Source: Planctomycetota bacterium
GTDB lineage: Bacteria > Planctomycetota > Phycisphaerae > WQYP01
Length of the DNA stretch: 64,000 bases
NCBI GenBank assembly: GCA_021818445.1
Contig: JAKAEB010000015.1
Location: 50 to 64,049 of the forward strand
Direction of reading: 5' to 3'
This document shows positions 51,785-61,301 of the stretch, one piece after another. The translations under genes and the position numbers were made by a program. A model generated the notes under the pieces. That model was not told the origin of the DNA, made no database searches, and was given only the letters and a program-made list of their open reading frames with translations. Within the stretch, counting starts at the first letter, position 1, and each line of letters begins with the position of its first letter.

Positions 51785-51814
51785 AGACCCGGTTATCCGG
51801 GTCTTTTTTTTTTT
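51785..51814 (+). terminator. rho-independent terminator after rpsI
   Basis: An AGACCCGG-TTAT-CCGGGTCT hairpin is followed by a T10 run. Confidence 0.8.
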
Positions 51815-52056
51815 GGAGGGCCGTGGATGGTTGGGAGGCGGATCGGTAAAGGTGATTTTAGGGGGGTCACATTGGCCACACTTGAGGAAAATAATTCTTG
51901 ACCACTTGCAAAGGGGCGTTCTTGCTGCTACTATTCTTTTCGCCTGTGGGCTGTAGCGCCCGAGTTCGAGGTTGGCCGAAGCCATTCCCGCACCGCCCAT
52001 CGCTTTTTTCCATCTCATTTTTTCCTTAGTAACTGGAAGTATCCAGGGAGTCCCTT

Positions 52057-52428
52057 ATGTCTTACGAAGACAAAACAATTGTGTGCGTCGATTGCGGCGC
52101 CGAGTTCACGTTCACGGCTGATGAGCAGCAACGCTTTGCCGAACGTGGCTTCACAAACGAACCCAAGCGTTGCAAAGCCTGCCGAGATCAGCGCAAAGCC
52201 CAACAGGGTGAAGGTGGTCGTGGCGGCGGCGGCGGTGGTCGCGGCGGTTATTCGCGTTCCGGTGGCGGCGGTGGTGGTGGCCGGGGTTATTCCTCGGGCG
52301 GTCCTCGCCAGATGTTCCCGGCAACCTGCGCCGGCTGCGGTCAGGCTACCGAAGTTCCATTTAAGCCGTCTGGAAATCGTCCGGTGTATTGCCGTGATTG
52401 CTTCCAGGCGCAAAAGTCCGGTCGTTAA
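52057..52428 (+). CDS. zinc-ribbon protein with two CxxC pairs flanking a Gly/Arg-rich (RGG) linker
   Basis: The N-terminus VCVDCGAEFTFTADEQQRFAERGFTNEPKRCKACR is followed by a GGRGGGGGGRGGYSRSGGGGGGGRGY linker. The C-terminus reads CAGCGQATEVPFKPSGNRPVYCRDCF. It matches a widely conserved small zinc-ribbon family. Confidence 0.7.
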   Translation: MSYEDKTIVCVDCGAEFTFTADEQQRFAERGFTNEPKRCKACRDQRKAQQGEGGRGGGGGGRGGYSRSGGGGGGGRGYSSGGPRQMFPATCAGCGQATEVPFKPSGNRPVYCRDCFQAQKSGR

Positions 52429-52586
52429 CATGACCAGTTGTCCCGAACCTCTTGTTGTATCGGGCGCTTGGGCGCCAATGGGCGAACTAAGCACAGTTTA
52501 TTAATATTGGCAACGTGTAGTTGCCTCCGATGAGCGCTTTGAGACCTATGGAAGTCTCACGCGTGCAATAGATAACCACAGGCGAC

Positions 52587-52618
52587 GGGCCGACCTTCGG
52601 GTCGGCCCGATTTTTTTT
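52587..52618 (+). terminator. rho-independent terminator
   Basis: A GGGCCGACC-TTCG-GGTCGGCCC hairpin is followed by GA and a T8 run. Confidence 0.8.
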
Positions 52619-52753
52619 GTAGCGTTGGGCGGGCTGTCAACAGGGCGGAACGTTACCCACTTTGCCGCTGCGGAAATTTGCCGATGCGCAATCCCGGCTG
52701 AAAGCGGCTACACTTTTAGAAAACGTCGAACTGGCGAGCTTATCGGCGGATTC

Positions 52754-53734
52754 ATGGTGCGCTACATCATTGCTACATTGCAAATAACCCGTGCGGCGTT
52801 GGCATTGACGGCCGTGGCAGATGTCTGGGTACTGATGCTTTTACATCTGCCGGGTGAAAAACCTTTAATGCATCCCGTGTGGCAGCTTTTGGTTGCGGCG
52901 CTGGCGGCACTGTTTCTGTATGCTTTTGGGATGTCGCTTAATGACGTGCTCGATGCCCGGCGCGACCGCGTCTTTGCGCCGTGGCGGCCGCTGCCGGCCG
53001 GACGCATATCGGCACCGGCCGCCACCATCCTGTCACTGACCCTTTTGCTGCTGGGTCTATTTTGCGCCGGGGTGCTGGGAGCCATACAGAATCAATCGGT
53101 CATCCCGTGGCCGCTGCTGGTAGCATTCAGTTCGGCGATGCTGATTTTGTTTTACAACGGGGTGGGAAAATTTCTCGGCCCGGTGGGCCTGATCACGCTT
53201 GGCCTGATTCGAGGCTGCAATTGCCTGATGGGAAATGTGCATGCCCACAATCTGATGCCTTCCATGGTGTTGATGAGTCATGTGATTCTGTTCAGCGTGA
53301 TTGGGTACCGGCTTGAATCAAAGCGGCCGCGCCTGCGGCGGCGGGATTACATGCTGCTGGTAGTGGCACCCGCGGCCCTGCTGCTGGGAATGATTGGCAT
53401 CATGGCGTATTGGCGTGGCATTAACCCGCATTGGCTGGCGTTGGGCGTCGGTCCGGCCGTGGTGGCGGTCATCTTTTACGCCTATGTGGCGTGGAAGATA
53501 TTTCAGCATCGCAAGGAGCCACGCCAGCGCGGCGAACAGATTATTCGCCTGGGTATGTTTTGCATCTTTTTTTATGATGGATCCATCCTGTTTGCCAATG
53601 GCCAATATAACGCGGCCATTGCCATTTTGGTGCTCTTCGGCCTTTCGCTTGGCTGTTTTTACACCATGAAGGCGATCGGTCGTGGCTTGCCATCCGGCAA
53701 GCCGCATTATCGGATGCGTCCAAAGACCGGCTAG
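52754..53734 (+). CDS. UbiA-family prenyltransferase
   Basis: It is a polytopic membrane protein with the Asp-rich motif NDVLDARRDRV and the RPLPAGRIS motif characteristic of UbiA-superfamily prenyltransferases. Start assigned at the internal ATG 52754. Confidence 0.7.
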   Translation: MVRYIIATLQITRAALALTAVADVWVLMLLHLPGEKPLMHPVWQLLVAALAALFLYAFGMSLNDVLDARRDRVFAPWRPLPAGRISAPAATILSLTLLLLGLFCAGVLGAIQNQSVIPWPLLVAFSSAMLILFYNGVGKFLGPVGLITLGLIRGCNCLMGNVHAHNLMPSMVLMSHVILFSVIGYRLESKRPRLRRRDYMLLVVAPAALLLGMIGIMAYWRGINPHWLALGVGPAVVAVIFYAYVAWKIFQHRKEPRQRGEQIIRLGMFCIFFYDGSILFANGQYNAAIAILVLFGLSLGCFYTMKAIGRGLPSGKPHYRMRPKTG

Positions 53735-54064
53735 GAGTCTGTCCGACTAATAGCAGGGACTGCGAAGGCATGGTTTTTGGCGGGCATCAAGAAGCGGCGA
53801 CGATGGTGTATATGGCGAACATGATGCGCCGAGGAAGCCGCGAGGCCGAGGCCGGGCGAAGGACTCTCCGTCCGGAGGGTGGGCCGGTGAGTTTTTGCGA
53901 TGCTGGTGCATCGAATGGAACCAAACGTCGTTATAGTTGTGGGTGCGGGTGGCAGAACGGCTTTTGGCTTCAACGCCGGCGCGGCGGGCCAACGATCCCG
54001 GCCCTAAGCCCGCCAATCATGGAAGAATGGCCACTGAGAGCCGATCCGCAGTTGAGGTGAACAT

Positions 54065-56119
54065 TTGAATTTTATTTCCAAAATTAAATGCAACCGGGCC
54101 GTAATCTGGCTGCCGATGTTTTCAGGCATACTGCCACTGATTGCCGGTGCGAGCCACGCGGCTACGCAGATCGGTGCCCACTGGCCCTACCGCCGCAAAC
54201 TGACCGTGGCGGGCATTTCCGCTTCGGGCCCGGGCGTGCCGATGGCGTGGGCGCGGTTTTACACCAACTCTAAACGATTGCCGAATGGGGCGGATCTGCG
54301 GGTGATCACAGCCGGCGGGCTGGTGATGCCGATGAAGATATTGTACGTGTCGCCCCGCAATGACCGGGTGACGGTCGCCTTTAAGGCCCCCGCCTCGGGA
54401 ACCTATTACGCCTGCTGGGGCAATCCGCATCCCGGTTCGCCACCACCAGTCCTGCGCATTTCGCGCGGGGTCTATCTGCGGTCGTACCGGTTTAACCCTG
54501 GCGGCAACTCATCGCCGCGCGGCATGCTGTCCGCCTTTAAGCGGGGCCGGGTGGACGGGCGCATGATGGTTCCCAATATTTTTTTAGGATATAACCCTTT
54601 TGGTTTCTCCCGGAGAGCCATGCTGCTTTACAGCGGTTACCTGCATATTGTGCGCCCAGGTCGGTATACGTTTGCGTTTGATGTCGCCGAACGCGGATTT
54701 GTCCAGTTGGACGGCGATATGCTGCTGGCCAAAAGAGGTACCGGTGGCATGTGGGGGCGAGTGCGGTTTAAACGCCAGGTACGCCTTCGGCCGGGCTGGC
54801 ACAAGGTGGTCGTGGGGCAGATAAGCTTCTGGCCGCGGAAAGGTGTGGCGTTGGATTGGATCACACCGGGGCGGCGGCGCTATCAACCGGTGCCTGCCAG
54901 TGCGTTTGCATCCGCCCCCCGCGCCACGGCGGGGCGATTGCTGAAAATCGGCGGTGGTTATCAAGCCGACTTCACGATCGATCCTGAGGCACAGTTGTTT
55001 GTCCCCAGTGACCATTACTTTCAGCGTTATGCATTTGCCGTCAATGTACCTTCAACCTTTGCCCCGGCTGTGCGATGGCGTTTTTCCGACGGGCAAAAAG
55101 CCGCAGGCCTGCGGGTGGATCATGAATTTTTAACTCCTGGTAACTACACCGTGCAGGTGATTATTAATCAGGCATCGCATGAATTTACGGCTACCCGGCG
55201 TATTACCATCAGAACGGAGATGTATTCCAGGTTTCCATTTCCCCCCACCGATCCGGCCATCAGCGTAGCGCGTTTGATCGGTCAATACAGGCTTGGCCAG
55301 CTCACAGGCGAGCAGTTATACCGAGGCGTACATTTTTTTGAACATTACTCGGCTTACCGTGGTCTGAACCGATGGGCCATCGCTTGGGCGCTTTCCAAGG
55401 ATCGGCAACCGGGCAGACAAGTCGTTAAAACGGCGGTTCGCCTGGCACGCCGGATGGAATTGAAGAAACAATATCATCAGGCGGCGAGCTTATACCTGCT
55501 TGTAGTGCGGAAAAATATATCGCAGGCGGCTAAAGCTGCCCTCTTGGGCCACTACGCCGTAACCGAGGGAGACTTTGGCCGTGATCCGCGCAAGGCGTTG
55601 ACGGAGATTCAGCATTGGGCCGGGCGGTCCGGGCGTTGGCCGACGGCCGTGAAACGTGAAATCACCATTGCTGAATGCTATGCCGCGGTGGCTGCAGGTG
55701 ATGGCGCACTGGCGAACAAGCTGGCGCAACAGGTCGCTGGAGTGCCGACCGATTTCAAGAAAGCCGAACTTAAGGAAGGGGAACTGGCGCGGAATGTAGA
55801 GAGCTATATCGCCAGCAGCCACTTCGATACCGCCCGTGATTTGCTCAACAGGTGGGACGCCGAATATCCGCAAGCCATCATCGAAGGTTTTACGCGTCTG
55901 GAGCGTATGAAACTTATGGCAGCGATGGGCCATCTGACCGTTGCGGGCCGAATGGGAATGGCATTTGTGAAGGCCTGTCCCAACTCCTTTTATGCAGCGG
56001 AGGTTCTGCATCGCAGCAGTTTGTATTTTAAGTCGGCAGGACACCGCACTCTGGCCATGCTGGCACAGGCTATGATCAAAAAAGATTATCCCGAATCGCC
56101 CTACGCACATCGGCATTGA
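54065..56119 (+). CDS. secreted protein with PA14-like beta-sandwich and C-terminal helical repeat region
   Basis: The signal peptide is MNFISKIKCNRAVIWLPMFSGILPLIAGASHA. The segment YSGYLHIVRPGRYTFAFDVAERGFVQLDGDMLLA resembles the PA14 core. The C-terminal ~250 aa are alpha-helical and TPR-like. Confidence 0.5.
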   Translation: MNFISKIKCNRAVIWLPMFSGILPLIAGASHAATQIGAHWPYRRKLTVAGISASGPGVPMAWARFYTNSKRLPNGADLRVITAGGLVMPMKILYVSPRNDRVTVAFKAPASGTYYACWGNPHPGSPPPVLRISRGVYLRSYRFNPGGNSSPRGMLSAFKRGRVDGRMMVPNIFLGYNPFGFSRRAMLLYSGYLHIVRPGRYTFAFDVAERGFVQLDGDMLLAKRGTGGMWGRVRFKRQVRLRPGWHKVVVGQISFWPRKGVALDWITPGRRRYQPVPASAFASAPRATAGRLLKIGGGYQADFTIDPEAQLFVPSDHYFQRYAFAVNVPSTFAPAVRWRFSDGQKAAGLRVDHEFLTPGNYTVQVIINQASHEFTATRRITIRTEMYSRFPFPPTDPAISVARLIGQYRLGQLTGEQLYRGVHFFEHYSAYRGLNRWAIAWALSKDRQPGRQVVKTAVRLARRMELKKQYHQAASLYLLVVRKNISQAAKAALLGHYAVTEGDFGRDPRKALTEIQHWAGRSGRWPTAVKREITIAECYAAVAAGDGALANKLAQQVAGVPTDFKKAELKEGELARNVESYIASSHFDTARDLLNRWDAEYPQAIIEGFTRLERMKLMAAMGHLTVAGRMGMAFVKACPNSFYAAEVLHRSSLYFKSAGHRTLAMLAQAMIKKDYPESPYAHRH

Positions 56120-56391
56120 TTAGAGTGCGACTATGTGGTCCCGTGGCCGGGGGCATGGAAGGAAAAATCGAGATTTGGCTAAAGCCCCATAACCGCGGCA
56201 ACCGAATTAGCCAAGGTGATGCGACGTGAGGCGGTTAAAAGAATCGGCTGAAATTTCAGTTTTTTCCCAAACCTGCTTGCGTTGTCAAGCGTACTTTGGT
56301 TATTCTCGTTAGCGCGGCGAACCATGGACGGTTCGCGGTGCGGCATAGCAAAGCGGCTGGCTGGTGATTATCCATTTAGGGGTACAAGACC

Positions 56392-57264
56392 ATGGATTGG
56401 CAGGAATCGGAATCAATTTCAAACATTTTTCCGCAAATCACACGACGCGAGTTGCTGGCGGCACTTGGTGCCGGGGCCGTCGCTGCGGGGCTGGGCGGCT
56501 GTGCCAGTGACAACATGCAGCAACCGATGGCAGACAGCATGCAATTGCCGGACGGCCACCTGCCTCCGTTGCAGACATCGCGAACGACGCCCATGGACAC
56601 CGGCTATTCGCCACCGACCAGTTTTGTGACCAAGCAACCGTACCAGCGGCCGGTTAAGCCGGCTGCCGCGCGGGGCCCGTTGGGTATTATCCCACGATCG
56701 GCATGGACGTCGGCTGGCCCGGCACTACCCACCATCATGCCGATGAATGGCGTGCACCTGATTACCTTCCATCATTCGGGCGACCCGCAGCCGTTTCTTG
56801 AGGATTCGGTGGAGGGTACCGCTCGATATCTTGAGGCCATTCGCAAATGGCAGGTTGGACAAGGCTTTCAGGACATTGCCTATCATTTTGCGAATGACCG
56901 TATGGGCCGCATCTGGCAGTTGCGTGAGCTGAAATACCGCGGTGAGCATGTGCGTGACGGATTTGCGTGGCCACGGTGGCTGGATACGTATGTGCAGAAA
57001 GCGAATTCACCAACGCAACCGGTCAAAGGGCGATTCGTCTGGAACGCCCACAATATCGGGATCGTCACCCTCGGCAACTTTATGATTCAGGAACCGACGG
57101 AATATCAGAAACGGCGCATTGTGGAATTTGGCCGCCTCGTGCGCAATCTTTACCAGATACCCATCTATCACTGCTACACACACCAGGAGTTGGTTTCAAC
57201 CCTGTGCCCGGGTGCCAAGTATCAGCCATATATGGAATCCATTCGCCGCAGTGGAGCGATGTAA
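56392..57264 (+). CDS. N-acetylmuramoyl-L-alanine amidase (amidase_2/PGRP family) with Tat-lipoprotein signal
   Basis: The N-terminus TRRELLAALGAGAVAAGLGGCAS is a twin-arginine signal plus lipobox. The amidase_2 zinc-binding motifs are present (HLITFHHSG ... HFANDRMGRIWQ ... GNFMIQEPT ... C). Confidence 0.8.
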   Translation: MDWQESESISNIFPQITRRELLAALGAGAVAAGLGGCASDNMQQPMADSMQLPDGHLPPLQTSRTTPMDTGYSPPTSFVTKQPYQRPVKPAAARGPLGIIPRSAWTSAGPALPTIMPMNGVHLITFHHSGDPQPFLEDSVEGTARYLEAIRKWQVGQGFQDIAYHFANDRMGRIWQLRELKYRGEHVRDGFAWPRWLDTYVQKANSPTQPVKGRFVWNAHNIGIVTLGNFMIQEPTEYQKRRIVEFGRLVRNLYQIPIYHCYTHQELVSTLCPGAKYQPYMESIRRSGAM

Positions 57265-57461
57265 TACGCCCGCCACCATTGAAGTTGCCCGCGCCCCCGC
57301 CGGAACCGGTGGGTCCCGACGGGGGCCCGGTGCAGGTCCGGTTGGTACGCGTTAACTCGGTGACTGGTTGGGCGGGTTTGGTCGCTCCGCTGGATATCGG
57401 CTCCGGCGATTTACCGATAGCCATCCATCGCATAAACTCTCGGTTTTAGCGAGGAGTTAAG

Positions 57462-58862
57462 GTGTCCAGCGAAAAATTTGATCTGGTGATAATAGGTTCC
57501 GGCCCCGCAGGTTATGTTGCCGCAGTCCGCGCTGCGCAGCTTGGGAAAAAGACGGCTTGTGTTGAGAGAAGTGAACTGGGGGGAATATGTCTCAATTGGG
57601 GTTGCATCCCCACCAAAGCACTGATTTCCGATGCGCACTTGATGCATCAATTGCAGCATGTCGCCCCTCATTACGGCATTAAGGCGGACGTGGGAGGCCT
57701 GGATTGGTCGAAAGTTGTCGACCGCAGTCGGCAGGTAACCCACACGATGAGCAAAGGGATCGAATTTCTTTTCAAAAAAAATAAAGTTACGCGCTTCACG
57801 GGCAGTGCGTACATTGCCAAACCAAACTTAGTTGAGGTGAAGGATGCGGCCGGCAAGACTACGGCCAATCTTGAGACAGATCACATCCTGGTATGCACCG
57901 GTGCCCGGAGCCGGGAACTGCCGGGGATTAAATGCGACGGTAAACAAATCATAACCAGTCGGGAAGCGATGGTGCTGCCCAAGATTCCCAAGCGGATGAT
58001 CATCATCGGAGCGGGGGCGATTGGCGTTGAATTCAGCTATATTTACCACGCCTTCGGCACGCAGATTACGCTTATTGAGATGCAGCCGACGATTTTACCC
58101 ATTGAAGATGCGGAGAGCAGTGCCCGGGTTGAAGCCATATTTAAAAAGCGCGGCATTGAGGTACGCACCGGCACCAAAACCGAAGGGGTGCAGGCGGGGA
58201 GCGACGGTGTAAAAGTGGTGGTATCAGCCGGCGGCAAGCAGGAAACACTTTCGGCGGATGTTGTGCTGGTGGCAGTCGGCGTGACGGGAAATACTGAAAA
58301 CCTATTTTCGCCGGCGGCGATGCCGGACATCGACCGTGGTGCGATTAAAGTTGATAAATCATTCCGAACCCGGATTCCGTCGATTTATGCCGCAGGGGAC
58401 GTGATCGGCCCGCCATGGCTGGCGCACGTGGCCAGTATGGAGGCCACCATCGCCGTGGAACGGATGTTTGGTGCCAGCGATCGTGAGATGGATTACAGCG
58501 TGGTACCGGGCTGCACATATTGTGCACCGCAGGTGGCCAGTGTCGGCCTGACGGAAAAGCAATGCCGCGACAAGGGACTGGAAATCAAGATAGGCAAATT
58601 TAATTTTGCGGCCAACGGCAAAGCCCAGGCACTCGGTGAAATCGATGGCTTTGGCAAGCTGATTTTTGACGCCAAATACGGAGAGTTGCTCGGCGCGCAC
58701 ATTGTCGGGCCGGAAGCGACGGAGATATTGTCCGAGATGGTACTGGCGAAACGGCTGGAGGCAACACAGAAGGAAATAGCTACCACCATCCACGCCCACC
58801 CCACGCTTTCAGAAGTGCTGATGGATGCCGCCCAAGCGGTAGATGGCGGAGCACACGCCTGA
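57462..58862 (+). CDS. lpdA: dihydrolipoyl dehydrogenase (E3)
   Basis: The FAD-binding GSGPAGY motif, the redox-active disulfide GGICLNWGCIPTK, the NAD-binding GAGAIGVE motif and the C-terminal HAHPTLSE dimerisation motif are all present. Confidence 0.95.
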   Translation: MSSEKFDLVIIGSGPAGYVAAVRAAQLGKKTACVERSELGGICLNWGCIPTKALISDAHLMHQLQHVAPHYGIKADVGGLDWSKVVDRSRQVTHTMSKGIEFLFKKNKVTRFTGSAYIAKPNLVEVKDAAGKTTANLETDHILVCTGARSRELPGIKCDGKQIITSREAMVLPKIPKRMIIIGAGAIGVEFSYIYHAFGTQITLIEMQPTILPIEDAESSARVEAIFKKRGIEVRTGTKTEGVQAGSDGVKVVVSAGGKQETLSADVVLVAVGVTGNTENLFSPAAMPDIDRGAIKVDKSFRTRIPSIYAAGDVIGPPWLAHVASMEATIAVERMFGASDREMDYSVVPGCTYCAPQVASVGLTEKQCRDKGLEIKIGKFNFAANGKAQALGEIDGFGKLIFDAKYGELLGAHIVGPEATEILSEMVLAKRLEATQKEIATTIHAHPTLSEVLMDAAQAVDGGAHA

Positions 58863-58907
58863 CGTGGCCTGCCGGCAAGTGAGCACCGGCCAATTAGCGG
58901 ATATGCA

Positions 58908-60698
58908 ATGACTGACATGAATGACAACCCGTTTCTGAATCGGCCAGTTCAGCGGCCAGAATCAAATACTGCCGGTTCAGCATCGCCCCCCCCGCCGGTA
59001 CCGCTGACACCGACACCGCCATCGCCGACCGAACCAGCCCCGCATCCGCGGGTGATGTCCGCTGGTGCTCGAAGCGTCCGTGACACACTTCAAACCGTGC
59101 TGTTTGCCCTGCTGCTGGCGTTCAGCTTTCGTACGTTTTGCGTTGAGGCATTTGTTATACCGACGGGGTCGATGGCACCTACGCTTAACGGAGCGCACTT
59201 TCGGGTGATATGCCCACAATGTGGATACCGGTTTAACGCCGACGCCAATGTGGAAGTGCAGTATGTCAATGGGCGTCTGGTGCAGGTGGGCAATGCGCAA
59301 TTGGAAAACACCAACGCCATTCCTTCGCCAACTTATCTGGTCTGCCCCAACTGCCACGCCCTGATTCCCGCCACCAGTCTGCCCGATAAACCCGTGATTG
59401 CACGAAGGTTTGTCAATTCCAGCGGCTCGGCTTCCCGTACCATTTATTTTCCACACGCCAGCAATGGCGATCGCATTTTAATTCTCAAGTTTCTTTACTG
59501 GTTTCATCCACCGAAACGCTGGGATGTGGTCGTGTTTCGGGAGCCTCGGTTCGGAAAGCAGAATTTTATCAAACGCCTCGTGGGCCTGCCGGGCGATACC
59601 GTCCGCATCATCTCCGGCGATGTCTACATCAACGGCAAAATCGCGCATAAGCCCCCGGCAGTGCAACGCGCCATGCTGCAATTGGTTTATGACAACGATT
59701 ATTATCCAACTGACGCCGGTAAGCCACGCATCGACGGCCGCACATGGACCACGCCCTGGATTTCACATGTTGACGAAACTACCGATGGTAAATGGTTCAC
59801 GGCCGGGCCGGTCGTCCGATTCGAGAGTGGCAATCCGGCGGCACGTGGACGGATCACGTTCCAGGATCGCGGACGTTACTTGTACAACGACTCAAGCTAT
59901 AACAACCGTCGCATCACCAAACGAGGACACCATTTAGTCGGCAATCTGTATTTGCATACCCTTTGGACGCCTCACACGGCGTCGGCTGGCATATCCCTAA
60001 GCCTGGGCAAACCGGACGCCCGCTTTAAGACAACTTTGGACAGCGCCGGTTCGATCGTCCTGTGGCAATGGAATAACAATCAGCATCGCTACCGAGTGGT
60101 TCCGAAAAAGCAGTGGGACTTTCACCATCGCGTCGGTGTGCTGCTGGCAAACCATTCATACCGGATCGCCATGGCAGACTGCCAGCATCAGGTGCGTTTC
60201 TGGATCAATGGCCGCCTTGTGATGCAGTACACGCCGACTTGGACGGTCGCCATGGCATTGGCACAGTATGCCAAAGAGGCCGGTGGGCATCGTATGAAAC
60301 CGCGGATATCCGTTCATGTGATGGGTGCCTGCACGCTGCGGCACCTGATACTGATGCGTGATATTTACTACACGCAGATGCGCCGTCAGCTACCATCCAC
60401 CAATCCGTATGATCCATTGGGTTCAGTACCGGGGACGGGCACAATGAATAACCCGATTACGCTTAAAGCGGGTCAATACTTTGTCCTCGGCGATAATTCC
60501 AATGACAGTGATGACTCGCGTGCGTGGGGCCATATCGAGCCAATTCTGCGTGCAGAGGGTATCCCTTATGGAGTGGTTCCGGCCCGTTACATGATGGGAC
60601 AGGCGTTTATGGTCTATTGGCCGGCGGGTTTCCGCCCCCTGCAATCAATCAACATTCCGATCATACCCAACGTGGGCCGCATGCGCCTGATTCGTTAG
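58908..60698 (+). CDS. lepB: signal peptidase I (S26) with Pro-rich N-terminal extension and large zinc-ribbon-containing insertion
   Basis: It carries box B ([12 protein letters not shown], catalytic Ser), box C (ILILKFLY), box D ([13 protein letters not shown], catalytic Lys) and box E ([18 protein letters not shown]). It is 596 aa versus ~180-320 typical. The insertion carries CPQCGYRF...CPNCHALIP. Confidence 0.85.
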   Translation: MTDMNDNPFLNRPVQRPESNTAGSASPPPPVPLTPTPPSPTEPAPHPRVMSAGARSVRDTLQTVLFALLLAFSFRTFCVEAFVIPTGSMAPTLNGAHFRVICPQCGYRFNADANVEVQYVNGRLVQVGNAQLENTNAIPSPTYLVCPNCHALIPATSLPDKPVIARRFVNSSGSASRTIYFPHASNGDRILILKFLYWFHPPKRWDVVVFREPRFGKQNFIKRLVGLPGDTVRIISGDVYINGKIAHKPPAVQRAMLQLVYDNDYYPTDAGKPRIDGRTWTTPWISHVDETTDGKWFTAGPVVRFESGNPAARGRITFQDRGRYLYNDSSYNNRRITKRGHHLVGNLYLHTLWTPHTASAGISLSLGKPDARFKTTLDSAGSIVLWQWNNNQHRYRVVPKKQWDFHHRVGVLLANHSYRIAMADCQHQVRFWINGRLVMQYTPTWTVAMALAQYAKEAGGHRMKPRISVHVMGACTLRHLILMRDIYYTQMRRQLPSTNPYDPLGSVPGTGTMNNPITLKAGQYFVLGDNSNDSDDSRAWGHIEPILRAEGIPYGVVPARYMMGQAFMVYWPAGFRPLQSINIPIIPNVGRMRLIR

Positions 60699-60864
60699 TA
60701 GCACAGGTTATATCGCACGTCCAACGGGACCATTATTGGGCACCAGAGGCCCCTGTGCTGCCGATGCGCTGACGATGGAGCCATTGGGCCTTTTTTCTTT
60801 CCCCACCCGCCGCGTGTTTGCCAAAAAAAGCTCTTTTAGGCTAGAATACTTGGTTCGTGAATTC

Positions 60865-60937
60865 GGCGGCGTAGCTCAGTTGGTAGAGCGCGGGATTCAT
60901 AAGCCCAAGGTCTCCGGTTCGAGTCCGGACGCCGCTA
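60865..60937 (+). tRNA. tRNA-Met (anticodon CAT), CCA not encoded
   Basis: Cloverleaf layout: acceptor GGCGGCG/CGCCGCT (G1.U72), D-arm GCTC-AGTTGGTA-GAGC, anticodon loop TTCATAA, variable AGGTC, T-arm TCCGG-TTCGAGT-CCGGA and discriminator A. The acceptor and T-arm resemble elongator tRNA-Met. The anticodon stem has only 3 G-C pairs flanked by C.A and A.G mismatches. Confidence 0.75.
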
Positions 60938-60999
60938 TTGGTTTTTGGCAAAGGCAGCGTTGGATAGCTGCGCAGAATATAGAACCAGAAGGAAATATT

Positions 61000-61227
61000 A
61001 TGAAAAACGACATCCATCCGAACTACAATTACGTGAAAGCGTCATGTGCCTGCGGTAATTCGTTTGAGACCGGCTCCACTTTGGGGCGTATTGAAGTAGA
61101 TATTTGTGGCGTATGCCATCCGTTCTACACCGGCAAGCAGAAATTTGTTGATACGGCCGGACGCGTTGAACGCTTCCAGAAAAAGTTTGGTAATTTCAGC
61201 GCCAAATTGGCCACTAAAGCTAAGTAG
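61000..61227 (+). CDS. rpmE: 50S ribosomal protein L31 (zinc-binding type)
   Basis: The sequence [48 protein letters not shown] is canonical L31 with Cys ligands. An AGGAAA RBS lies upstream. Confidence 0.9.
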   Translation: MKNDIHPNYNYVKASCACGNSFETGSTLGRIEVDICGVCHPFYTGKQKFVDTAGRVERFQKKFGNFSAKLATKAK

Positions 61228-61251
61228 CGGTACTTGCCGCCATTGAAGTTT

Positions 61252-61293
61252 TGCGTCGTGCTCGGCTTTGCGGCCGCACGACGCACTTTTTTT
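61252..61293 (+). terminator. rho-independent terminator after rpmE
   Basis: A perfect 10-bp inverted repeat TGCGTCGTGC...GCACGACGCA with a 14-nt loop is followed by a T7 run. Confidence 0.8.
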
Positions 61294-61301
61294 GCTTGGT
61301 T

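Noticed and set aside
52079-52504. 141-aa Ala/Val-rich ORF overlapping the zinc-ribbon gene
   Set aside because: It is produced by reading the GGC/GGT glycine-codon repeats in another frame. The zinc-ribbon frame has conserved Cys pairs and a terminator.
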